This document shows positions 44,331-56,263 of a stretch of DNA of 64,000 bases, one piece after another. A program made the position numbers and the translations under genes. Position 1 is the first letter of the stretch. Every line of letters starts with the position of its first letter. The DNA comes from Macrostomum lignano (lineage: Eukaryota): NCBI GenBank assembly GCA_002269645.1, contig NIVC01002468.1:62001-126000 (forward strand), in the 5' to 3' direction. The notes below the pieces were generated by a model. It was not told where the DNA came from. It saw only the letters and a program-made list of their open reading frames with translations, and ran no database searches.

Positions 44331-44844
44331 CCACACTCCGGATCATGTAGTATATGCCCAAAAATTTGGGCATGCATTAGCCTTGCACGCCAAAATTAGG
44401 GGTGTACAATTGTCGTGTATCATTCCTAAGAAAATAGTATACGTGCATACCTGGTGTGAAGTTGTGAACTTTATAGAATCATGCGTAAAAGTTATTCTAA
44501 AGCTGAAAAAAAATGAAAAAATTCATTTTTAAGTGCAAATTTTAACTTTTCTGGTTTTTTTCAAGCTTGTAAAAGAACATTTAAACAAATCTTTATGTGT
44601 ATAAATTTTCCATTGTTAATAGGCCTAGTATTACCAAAAAACATGAAAAGCAACCAAATTATCTGGTAATAAAGGTCTCTTACACAATTTAAAAAAGGTA
44701 TTTTATTGTCACAATGTAAAAAGGTTATTTATTGTCACAACACTAGCATATTTTAGAGAATGGGCATGCACTACATTTTTTTAGCGTGCATTTGTTATTA
44801 TTCAATTTTTGTTTGGGCGTGCACTTAGCATGATCCGGACTATG
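44331..44844. mobile_element. Mutator-like MITE, about 514 bp
   Basis: TIR cores TCCGGATCATG / CATGATCCGGA with further imperfect inverted similarity. Flanked by the 9-10 bp direct repeat (G)GCCCCTAGC. Confidence 0.78.
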
Positions 44845-46065
44845 GCCCCTAGCAATTAAGTATTATTACTCTTTGTAAAAAGGATAAAATATAGGCCTAA
44901 TTTAAATAATTTTACAAAGGCAATCAAGTGTTTTTTATTTTAGCCTTAATTTGTAGATGTTTAAGCACCAGGTTATCTTTTGGATTCAAAATATTTTGTT
45001 TCCTAGACTTTTTGTTAAAACTATGGTATGGCTACAACAGCTATAAATAAGAACTAGGCCTATAAGAATATGGTAATATTGGGGTCCTTATGACAAAATA
45101 TAGAGCATTATAATAAGCTAGGGCCTATAGTTTGCTTACAGCTATAGCTATGGCAGATGGACCCCCTTATGGTAGAATACTACCTAAATAAACATTTGCA
45201 CATTTGCAAACCAAAAGATAATTTGACATTTATACATATGCTTCATTTCATATAGGTAAAAGGCATAAAGACTGGCTTATCCTGCTGATCAGTGATCAAA
45301 AAGGCCAGAATCCAGATTATGTCAAAATGCCAGTCAAGCTACCTGCAGGACCTATGGCTGCATTTGTCTTTAAATACTATACACATGGATATTGATTTTA
45401 AAGCCGTGATAAACAAGGCCATTGCCTACCATTTTTTGTGCAGACTTATATTTATAGCCATATTAAATAGGTCTATATAGAAAGTAGGGCCTACTAGACA
45501 TTAGATTTTGAATACCAAGGTGGCATTAATAGGCCTAAGGAAGACTCAAACTCGTAAGTTTTTTATTATCTACTTAACATCAAAGTTGGTACTTGGCCCC
45601 ACTTTTATGTCAGTCGAATTACATTTAGACTCACTAGCTATTTTTCCAAGGACGCTTCTTGTATTTTTCAAAGAATATTTTAAAATCCCGTGCCCAAGTA
45701 CTGTTTAAAACAAAATAGCGATACTTAAAAGTCATTCCGGTCTTTTGTCCTGCAGCGGTTGAGCGCAACGCCCGAGTCTGCTCCGTTTCACTAATAATAT
45801 ATTTGCTATTGCTAAATAGCAATGTTTCAGTTTCGTCTATAAAGAATCAGAGCGCGCAATTTGGCCTCATTGTACGGATCGATCGATCGGCCTACATTAT
45901 TATTTCGTGTTATGATATGAGACATTAACGAACTTCTAAAAGCGGAAAGCAAGTCAAATATCTATGCACCCAAAAAACTGCCGGATCAGACCTTTTCAGT
46001 GAGTTAAACATCTGATAGCTTCATGATATCCATCCCAGATATTCAGAGACTTTTTCGGTGGTTAA

Positions 46066-48264
46066 GGCCTTAATTCAGCTGCCAGAGACGACCTGAAGGT
46101 GCGCCTGTTCCACGCGGCCGTCGAGCCGATCCTGCTGTACGGCATGGAGGCTGTGCCGCTGACCGAAACGCGAGAGCGAGCCTTGGACGCGCTTTACCTA
46201 TCGCTGCTGCGCTACGCGCTGGGCGTGCACTACCCGGATCGCCCTGCCGACCAACGCTCCGGTGGCCCGCGCTGGAACTCCGCCCCTGAGCGCTACCCTG
46301 CGCCGGCGCCGCCAGATGCTGCTGGGCCACTGCTTACGGACCCTGGGTCGCGGCGCGCCCGTCCCTCTGGCCCTGCATGGCCATGCTGCACCGGCCGACC
46401 GAGCATTGCACCGCGGCCAGGCCCGCACTGCCACTCTAACGGACTGCCTCATCGCTGACTTGCAGGCGCTTGAGCTGACCTCTCAGTCTCTGCTGCTGCC
46501 TGCCCCTCCCGCCTGTTCTGCGAGCGCGTGCGCGCAAGGGGCCTCGCCTCTGGGTCTTATAATATTATTATATGACCGCTTTGATATAGCGGTGTAAAAA
46601 TGATATCTCTGATATTAGCCTGTAGCAGGTGCTAACTGGGCACACTGCTCGATCAAAGACACCAGATTTCGGTTTGGAAAACCGAGGTGTTCTAACTGCC
46701 GAGGTGCAGAATTTCTTGAAAGTGCTTCGCTCTACCCCCGGTTACACCGCTGGCTGTTGCAGTTATTCAAATACATTTAGCTTCATTGCCTGATTTCATC
46801 TAGAAAGTACCTGAATCAGGTGTTATGCTATATATAGTCTTGCTAATATATGACGAATGTATAAGTTAGTCACGTTAGTCATTGTATTTGAAGTCATTTG
46901 TTTTCTGCAATAAAAAACAAATATATTAAGTGTACCTGTTGACTATTGCAGTTGCAGTTTCAGTTGAAGTGAGAAACTAATGAGATAAAGCCTGCTCCAG
47001 TATATTTAATCCCGTATATAATAATTTAGGCTCGAAATACCGTATATAATATATATCAAACTAACAAATCGATCAGTTTTCAAATACAACGCGTCCGCGT
47101 TCACTCAAACTAATGACCTATCTCCAATTTGTCCAATTTTGGGGCGTAAGGATCATTTAGACAGGATTGGGCGCACTGTTTCATTAGGGGGCCAGCACTG
47201 CATGGCGACTAGTTAGGCGCCAAAACCTGCATTGGAAGGGCTGGTACACCAGAATGCCTTTTTCGAAACTAGTCCATCGACTTCGGGCTACGTCGGCGAA
47301 GTTCAGAAAGTTGCACGGGAATGGTGTGTGCCGCCCTGGCTTCGCTGTTGCTTACGTAAGTTTTATTTTCACGTTTTATTTTTTATATACTGTATTCGAT
47401 GCAAGCGTGTACATGAATGGGCGAATGTACACGCGCACTATAATATCCACGTGCTTCGATGTATTTAAGAATCATTTTTCGGATTTTTTTGTACTCAATG
47501 GATACCAAGTGAAATTCGGACATATACTAGATGTCCGACAATTCTCGCGTCCAGTGTGGGAAGGCATACGAGTTTTTGCCTTTAGGGGTCTGAAGCTCAG
47601 CCAATCGCAAAAGAATCGAAGCTCGTTTATAACAAATCAACCGCTGAGGATCTTTAGAACTTTGCAAATTCGATCCTCACCGTTTTTAAATCATTTTTTG
47701 GCTTGATAACTTCAATGAGGCCAAGTACCTCGGTGTGAGGCTCACGCATGACCCGGGCTGGACTAAGCACCTTGACAAAATTAAGAATGAAAACAACTTG
47801 CAAGTTTGAAGCCAGAAAGGTACAGCAGAGTTTTTTAGAAAACATCACATGAATAAATGTCACTCCCCTGGCTCGATTCGAGACAGACTGACTACAGGTA
47901 CTCCCAGCAACGGTACCGTTGGGAGGTAGTGTAGCGTGCGCAAGTTTTGCGATCAGCAGATCGGCCACACATGTGACATCTTCCTCTTTGGCTTGCTGCA
48001 ACTAGGATACAGTGTAGTTCCGACGTGCTCAGCTCTATGGACAGGCTAGCTATTGCTCCAGCAGTGCCATTCCAAGTGAGCTCAGAAAAATGGAGCACAT
48101 GCCATTGTAGTGGAAAAGTGGAAAAACTTTGCAAAAACACCCCTCGGTTTTCCAAACCGACCATATTGAGCAGTGTGCCCAGCATCATGCTCTACAGGCT
48201 GATATCAGAGATTTCAATATTCATTCATTTTTACGCGGATAGCCAAAGCCGCTATATCAAGGCC
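46066..48264. mobile_element. Non-autonomous DNA transposon with TTAA TSD and GG termini (Kolobok-like), left TIR interrupted by a LINE
   Basis: TTAA at 46062-46065 and 48265-48268. Termini GGCCTT|GATATAGCGG and CCGCTATATCAAGGCC. About 110 bp of inverted similarity (46581-46690 vs 48130-48260). Confidence 0.6.
46072..46575 (+). mobile_element. 5'-truncated non-LTR retrotransposon (RTE-like) 3' fragment
   Basis: Frameshifted ORF2 C-terminus RLFHAAVEPILLYGME...LRRRRQMLLGHCLR followed by a (TAT/TAA)-type tail. GC-rich against the surrounding DNA. Confidence 0.75.
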
Positions 48265-48340
48265 TTAACCACCAAAAAAATTACGCTGGAACTCTTTTTT
48301 AAATTCTACCGCAGTGTGCAGTCTCTCTCAGGCCTTAACA

Positions 48341-49027
48341 GTATTAGAACCACTCGGTGACAGCGATATCCTGGGCAACGAGCTCGCGGATTCCCTTGCC
48401 AAGGAGGGAAGCAACCCAGACGACAACCACCGTCTGCAGATGAGGCTACCCATTCCTAGGTCGCAAATATCCCGCCGTATGAACAGGTGGCTCCGCCAGC
48501 AACACCAGCTCCACTGGAGCAGTTGCACCGACTACAGGCGGACCCGCTCTGCAATGCCTGATGTGACCAGAAAAGTATCTGGTTATCTGACCTCGCTTAA
48601 CAGAACCAGCTTCAAAGAGATGTGCATGGTCCTAACCGGCCATGGATTCTTCCAGAGACATCTTGTTGCAAACCGGTTGCCCTCCCACCTGTTCTTTCTG
48701 TGGCATAGGAGAGGAGACTGCGAAGCATCACGTCACTTTCTTCCCTTACATGTACTTCAATAAGGCGCGGCACAAATACCTCGGCTACCCCCAGCGGATG
48801 GACGAGCTGACAACCCCGGACAACATCCGTGACATTTGCGCCTTCGTCCGAGATACCGACCGGATGAGGGTCGCCGATGTCTATTCAGCTAGTGAACCTG
48901 CCAGGGGGCTGGGCGCACCCCCAGGGTTAAACCTTGATTTATTCTACCTTGAGGTTGCGATAAGGGCCTCGCGGCCTATTCGCGGTGCCTGCGCCGCCCC
49001 CTCCCACGTCAGTAGTAAGTAAGTAAC
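48341..49027 (+). mobile_element. 5'-truncated non-LTR retrotransposon (I/R1/Loa group) 3' fragment with RNase H end and CCHC knuckle
   Basis: [12 protein letters not shown] (RNase H C-terminus), LTGHG, CSFCG...ETAKH, frameshifted; (TAAG)n tail at about 49015-49027. Confidence 0.8.
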
Positions 49028-49082
49028 AAAGAAAGAAAAAAATCGTCATGTCCACTATAAAGACGCTATATAGCGCCTTTAC

Positions 49083-50034
49083 GGTGCTGGCGCCCCTTGG
49101 TGCTGGCGCCCCTTGGTGCTGGCGCCCCTTGGTGCTGGCGCCCCTTGGTGCTGGCGCCCCTTGGTGCTGGCGCCCCTTGGTGCTGGCGCCCCTTGGTGCT
49201 GGCGCCCCTTGGTGCTGGCGCCCCTTGGTGCTGGCGCCCCTTGGTGCTGGCGCCCCTTGGTGCTGGCGCCCCTTGGTGCTGGCGCCCCTTGGTGCTGGCG
49301 CCCCTTGGTGCTGGCGCCCCTTGGTGCTGGCGCCCCTTGGTGCTGGCGCCCCTTGGTGCTGGCGCCCCTTGGTGCTGGCGCCCCTTGGTGCTGGCGCCCC
49401 TTGGTGCTGGCGCCCCTTGGTGCTGGCGCCCCTTGGTGCTGGCGCCCCTTGGTGCTAAAGCCCCTTGGTGCTAAAGCCCCTTGGTGCTAAAGCCCCTTGG
49501 TGCTGGCGCCCCTTGGTGCTGGCGCCCCTTGGTGCTGGCGCCCCTTGGTGCTGGCGCCCCTTGGTGCTGGCGCCCCTTGGTGCTGGCGCCCCTTGGTGCT
49601 GGCGCCCCTTGGTGCTAAAGCCCCTTGGTGCTAAAGCCCCTTGGTGCTAAAGCCCCTTGGTGCTAAAGCCCCTTGGTGCTAAAGCCCCTTGGTGCTAAAG
49701 CCCCTTGGTGCTAAAGCCCCTTGGTGCTAAAGCCCCTTGGTGCTAAAGCCCCTTGGTGCTAAAGCCCCTTGGTGCTAAAGCCCCTTGGTGCTAAAGCCCC
49801 TTGGTGCTAAAGCCCCTTGGTGCTAAAGCCCCTTGGTGCTAAAGCCCCTTGGTGCTAAAGCCCCTTGGTGCTAAAGCCCCTTGGTGCTAAAGCCCCTTGG
49901 TGCTAAAGCCCCTTGGTGCTAAAGCCCCTTGGTGCTAAAGCCCCTTGGTGCTAAAGTCCCTTGGTGCTAAAGCCCCTTGGTGCTAAAGCCCCTTGGTGCT
50001 AAAGCCCCTTGGTGCTAAAGCCCCTTGGTGCTAA
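49083..50034. repeat. 16-bp GC-rich satellite, about 60 copies, two variant domains
   Basis: GGTGCTGGCGCCCCTT dominates to about 49610 and GGTGCTAAAGCCCCTT thereafter. Confidence 0.96.
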
Positions 50035-51809
50035 GAGCCTGATCGCCCCTTGGTTACTCCTTGAAATCAAATTGCGGCCAAAACTGAAGACGCTTAAGTC
50101 AATTTTCTCATTTCCGGCTTCCGTGTCCATTGTCTATGATTGTCTATGGCTTCAAGTCTTTGACGATCCTGGAGGTGGGCCGGGAGCCCTCGAGTTCCTC
50201 ACAGTATTCGCACTACTTGTTCGTTTTGACGTTCCTGAAGGCAGTTTGGTAGGCTGGGTTTTTGTTGTGTTAGCCAAACTTAGATTCTCTTAGACTCATT
50301 CATTTACGATAACGTGCAATGCAGTCTCAAGAAAATTGCAACTTTTAAAAAACAAATTAAGATCCAGTAGTACAGTACTGTTAGTAGTATTTTTCGCATC
50401 AACACTAAATTTAAAGTGAACTGTCGGATGTGTGTAACATTATATTCGCAAGTCTGGTCTATTTTATTGCCGGAAATTATAAATTCATTCTCATTCTCTA
50501 TAGCTACTGCACTTGACTAGTAGGGAGTTAGCTAGAACGGCAGTGTTTGTCTCTCCCTCCCACTGTCCCAAAACTACGTATAGCCTGCAGCAAAGGGATG
50601 ATGATGATGCATTTGCATGCTCCGCTGTATGAATGTTTCTGCCTTGGCCGTGCGTGAGCAAAAATAAATGGCTCAAGCCCGAAACCATGGTTTCATTATT
50701 GGCCTCTACGAGCGCTTCTCCCCGCCTTGTCAGCTGTTATAGTTGGTCTAGGAACCTATGAACGCACACGACACGGCTTAATATAAACTTTAGTCTAACC
50801 CAGTGTCAAGGACGCCTTAGGTTAGTATCTGGACAGCTGGAAACAAAAGCTCCACAGGACTGGACGGTTTTGCTACAATACTTTAGGGTCTCGGTGAAAT
50901 TTCTTCACCTACATGTATGCACACAATTTTGCACCTCCATAACGGCCACTCTCTCCTCCGACAGGCCGATGACCAGGTTATACTCCTGCTTGAGAAAATC
51001 AAGGCTCTCCTGGTGCAGGTAGCATGCACCTCTAAACGATCATCTTCCAGAGGTTCTAACTGATCGAAACCGCAGCTGACATCGGCTAATTACTGCAAGA
51101 CGCGATTGGCATCTCGCCTAGAAGCAGATGGGGCCACAATTTGATATATCAGATTGAGCTCCAAAAACCACTTGAGCGACATCTACCAAGCTCAAATCAC
51201 CTACATGTATCATGAGGATCCGCGATGAGAGTAGATCAGAACGGGCCATTGGTGGACTTAGATGTACTACCACGACCAATCGGCATCGCAACCTGAGATG
51301 TGTCGGCTCTGTAGCGAGCCATCCTGCTTGACTGTCTGACCCTCGACGCCACCAGAAGGACAAACGACATCATTTAGCGCTTGCCTTGGTTCTGTACCCG
51401 ATCTGACGTAGTGGCGCTGCTCTCTTGTTGCCATCGACTAGTGTCCCTTTTGAGCTATTCACCACAGATAACAACAACAGGTTGACCTTTTCCTGTAGGC
51501 CCTCCTGCAGCACCTCCTGCGCCAGATGTGGACGGTACTGTCATGCCGCAGCGCTGTACTCACTTGTTGTCGTTAAACGGGGTGCCTAGCAGTGCGGGGT
51601 GCTCGCTCACAAAATACTTACTTATTGTACTCTGCACCCCCCGGCTTACTTCACCCCTGTTATGCCTTTTATGCCAACGTGGCCGCATATGATTGGCTGG
51701 GGCCTGAAGGCCCAAATATGTATAGGCGCTCTCGCCCTATTTGGAAGGCCAAGCGTTTTCGCACTGCCAAAATCGATACTGACTCCTGAGTCATTATAGG
51801 TACGACAGT

Positions 51810-51958
51810 GGTGCCAGCACCAAGGGGCTTTAGCACCAAGGGGCTTTAGCACCAAGGGGCTTTAGCACCAATGGGGCACCAGCACCAAGGGGCGCCAGCA
51901 CCAAGGGGCTTTAGCACCAAGCGGCGCACAGCACCAAGGGGCGCCACGCCAGCACCAA
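51810..51958. repeat. Inverted copy (about 9 units) of the 16-bp satellite
   Basis: AGCACCAAGGGGCTTT / AGCACCAAGGGGCGCC units, the reverse complement of 49083-50034. Confidence 0.9.
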
Positions 51959-52631
51959 GAGAGTTGGAGGACACGGCCCTCCCCATGGCCCCTATATATG
52001 GCCCAGAAATTTCCCGATTGATGTATTAATCGACTGTAAAACACAATTACCATGGATATACATTATATTTTCATTTCCAGTTTCTGCTAATTCTTTTTCT
52101 TGAAGTTATTATAGTGAAGAAGTTGTTGATCAAAACTTTCTAAGTAAATTTTGCTTCTAGAAAATAAATTTATCGAAATTGAAGAAAAAAACTGAGTGGA
52201 TTCTGCTAAATTCCAAATTCTCTCTCTATATGTCCAGCCCGCACTGGCTTTTCTTGTCCGAAAACTGGGGGGAGGGAGTATTTTATATTTTATTCACGCG
52301 ACGATCTGCATTCCAGGGATCAGAGGCGTGCAACTCTGCATGACGATTGGTCGTTTGAATATGCAGCCAGCCAGAGGCATCAATTTAGGATTTCCACGCC
52401 TGTGCATTCAAACTCCAATACCAGCTAGATAGGACATGCGAGAGTGTACGTTGTAGTAGTACTCAGTACAAATAAGCTCAAACAACCGACGCTTTTTTAA
52501 GCTTCCATTTGTCCATGAGCTCGCAGCTATAAGGCAATCATTTTGACTAAAGAGATATAACTGCATATCGAGTGATCTCAGTTCTAGAATCAGCTAGTGG
52601 TCTTTCAGGTACCAAAGCCGATATCAGAACA

Positions 52632-53949
52632 ATGGGACAACAATTAAGCTGCGAGAGCTACTGCGTATCGACAATGCAGCGTTTAGCGGGCGAGCTTAAT
52701 ACCACAGAAAGTCAGGTGAGAAATACGAGTTGTTTAGCATAATTTTTTTAGTTATTCGGCTGAAATCTGCCTTGCGTCACGACCCAGAGAGTGTAAATGC
52801 CTGATGATTAGAAAGCTAGAAAGCCTGCGTATGAGTGCCTGACTGCGTACAGTATTAGTGCGCTTGTACGAGCGTATGTGCTCGAGACTGAATTACCTCG
52901 GCGCTGGTTGTGGGACGATGTCGCCACAGTTTACTCAATTCGATTTGCAGGTAAGCGAATGCCGAGTCCTCGATAGTAGCTGGCCTAGCAACGGCACGGG
53001 CAGCAGCAGTATGAAGCTGCAGTTTTCGTGGCGCGAGTGGCAGCGCGTCAGCGGCTACTTGGAGCGAATACTTTCAACCATGGAGCAGCGGCGCCTGCTC
53101 GACCACTTGCTACTTGACGTCACCGGCCTGCGAACTATCGACCTTGGCGCCGTCTGGGAAGGTGTTGTCGGAGTCGCCGACTCAGAATTTCAAAGCGTTG
53201 GCGATGACGAAGTCTTTCAGCCGTTCGTGCCAATGTCGGCCCTACCGGAGACTACAAGCAGCTTGAACTTGAACGCCAGCGCCGACTGGACCATTCATCC
53301 GGACTGGACAGACGGCAGCTGCAACAACCCGCTGCTGTACCGGGATTTCACCAAGATTCACATGCAACTTGGCCCAGTGTTCTCCGCATTCAACCTGGAC
53401 CTGCCAACCCTGTTAAGCCAGCCGCGGCAGCCGGGTGAATTCGAAGAACAGCCAACCGAATCGGTTGCCAGCCCGACAGCAGATTATCCAAGCACGGTGT
53501 CAGTGTACGGCTACAGAGCTAGTCGTCGGGTTAGCAACGCTAGAGCCTCAGATTTGCCCAGCTACGCTCAGGCGTTCTCGGATCGGGTGGCCGACTTGGT
53601 GCGATCCCGGTGCGCCAGGCTGGGCCTGAGCTATTTGGTCTCGGGCGCGCAGTACCACGCCTCGCACAATTGCCTGGTAGTCAGCGGCACGGCCGACGTT
53701 CGTTCGCTGCTACGACAGAGCGGCGGCATTGAGCTGCGCTCGTGGGTGAACCCGGAGGCCGAGAGTCAGGAGCTTGCCGACCAGCTTCAACGATCCATAG
53801 GGCGAAGTTTCGACGGCCTGATGGAGCCGAGGGAACAACAGTCCGGCTCGAAGTATTTTCCCATGGTGATGTACTACTGCGACAGTCGCAAATTGGTGAC
53901 GATCATCTACGGGCTTGAGCCAAAACGCGACGGGCCACCGAATGAGTGA
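52632..53949 (+). CDS. Uncharacterised protein, probably 2 exons (52632-52715, 52951-53949), 360 aa, predicted N-myristoylated
   Basis: 999-nt GC-rich open exon. Upstream ATG exon MGQQLSCESYC... ends CAG|GTGAG in phase 0 and joins in frame at TTGCAG|52951. No family recognised; exon 1 is inferred. Confidence 0.68.
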
Positions 53950-54559
53950 ATGAGCTCTTTAAATGTGTATAGACATCTGTTTAATTTCGTTTTTTACTGC
54001 ACACTGTACTGCAATACACTGTACTGCATGACCAACGAACGGGTAAAGTTGGAGCTCTCACTTCGAAACAATTATTCGATACTGAATCAACATTTTAATG
54101 GCAAAATTACCATCTAAATAGACAACTGCAGAAGTCAATCAAGGCAATGGTCGAACTCAGTGTACCATGACTGACTGAGACTGGTAATTACTGGGCCAGC
54201 CACGCAGTCTAGACTGGCTTTAGCTAGTGCAATTGGCAACGATATATCGATGCTGTGCTTCAATAGCTAGGCATTAATATGCATGAGACGCGGCATGCCC
54301 TGTGCTGCGCCTGTCGCAAATGTGTAACTCTGCGGCTATATAAATTCACCGACATTGGAGCACTGCTTGTCAACAATAAATATATAAGAGCGCGCCTCAA
54401 ACTCATCAGGGTAATGAGCCGCTGAGCCGGAAATATGTCTGGAACATAATTGATCATTCTGTACCATTTCGGAGACTGTGCTCAATTTCACGTTGGTGAC
54501 AATTCAGAAACAGTAGAGGTACCAATGCAATAGAAACGCTAGAAAACAACCTAGAAACG

Positions 54560-55130
54560 CTATTGACAACAATTCAGAAACACAAGAGACAAAAATCCAG
54601 AAACACTATTGACAACAATCCAGAAATACTATTGACAACAATCCAGAAACACTAGAGATAATAATCCTAAAACACTAGAGACAACAATCCAGAAACACTA
54701 GAGACAAGAATGCATAAGAAACACTAGACACACATCTAGAAACACAAGGGACAACAATCCAGAAACACTATTGATAACAATCCAGAAACACTAAAGACAA
54801 CAATCCTGAAGCACTACACTAAAACAACAATCCAGAAACACTGCAGACAACAATCCAGAAACACTAGGGACAACAATCCAGAAACACTAGGGACAACAAT
54901 CCAGAAACACTAGGGACAACAATCCAGAAACACTAGTGACAACAATCTAGAAACACTAGGGACAACAATCCAGAAACACTAGGGACAACAATCCAGAAAC
55001 ACTATTGACAACAACGCATGGGAAACACTAAAACATAAATCAAGAAACACTAGAGACAACAACCCGGAGGCAGTAGACACAACAACCCCGCAACACTAGA
55101 GGTGCCAATATAGAAACACTACATAGAAGT
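54560..55130. repeat. 23-bp A/C-rich minisatellite
   Basis: Unit GAAACACTAGAGACAACAATCCA with degenerate edges. Confidence 0.9.
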
Positions 55131-56263
55131 GCAGCTCCAGAGGTGTTCAATATTTCTTCAGCCTAGCTATTGTTAATATTTCATGTAAACAAGCATTGGA
55201 GCCATACAATCCAGCATCTGGTTGGCGATGTAAATTATTCATTAGAAAGGCATTAAGTTCCAGCGTGCACTTTTTTCGGTATTTTCTCTTTTAAAAGCAA
55301 CTATCTGTGCAGAAATCTATGCGTATAGACGGAACGGAAGATACTTATCGATATATCTAGGCTAATATCTGAGATCGGGGGCACTAGCCGAATGTAGCCA
55401 TACGTCCAGTGTGTGAAATCCTTTTATCGTTTTTTTTAAAAAGCATGCATTTTGCAGTAGCCATCATGAGCAAACGAGAGTGATCTCAGCAGCGAGCCCA
55501 GCGCCAAATGGTGGAGTTCCGCTCATGTTGGCCCAGACCCGATCGAGCATTCGAAGCCCTCGCTTATATTGATGTTGAAAAAACCACTTATCTCATTTCC
55601 CATGGGGCTCTTCCCTCCCCATATGGGGTCTCACCAGATGAGCTGGGTCTATTTGATAGCCGCTGCAGTTTGAGCTGACACAGGATTATCCTCGATCGCT
55701 CGCCTCTCAAGCTAAGCTTCACCACACCCAGTAACCAACCCAACGCGGAGCAGGAGATGATGCTAAAAAATTAAACGAGAAACTCGCTCGCCATATTTGA
55801 TAGGGTTTCAGCTTAATCTGTATCGTTTGCGATGCTGACTCGGTTGAGTGGTGGGATAGAATTACTTAAAGATCGTAATAATTCTTACAGTTCGAATTCA
55901 AAGCAAACTTCAGGATCTAAAGCTAGCTCGTAATTTATCCTATACTACTTTCATGCATAAATACTACACGGATGCCGGCAATGAAGGCCATTTAAACAAT
56001 ATATTTATTGATTTCTTAGTGTTTTACGCTCGTAGCTGATGCTTTCCATGCTACTTTTAGTACTACTTTTTGTGTAGAGCTAGTGAATTCATAGCTTGCT
56101 GTTTCGCCGTCTCAATTGAATGACAGCTTCTTGGGGACTACAGAGCCATTCCATTGGTTGAGTGACGCTATTATATAAATCACGTTGTTTCTCTGACAAG
56201 AGACGAGAGTGAAGTTGTTAAGTCTGAAAGCTTGCTTTGTTTAAATGGGCTTAAACACAAAAA

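Noticed and set aside
45725-45735. ATG ACT TTT AA|GTATCG as a possible distant first coding exon of CUL5
   Set aside because: Its phase is incompatible with the acceptor before 37104, and an in-frame TGA precedes the ATG at 37104.
52801-52830. CTGATGA...GAAA hammerhead-like core
   Set aside because: Stem II does not close correctly and no stems I/III or cleavage triplet were found.
52858-52950. GTG start of the 363-aa ORF
   Set aside because: In a eukaryote this segment is better explained as the 3' part of a 235-nt intron following an upstream ATG exon.
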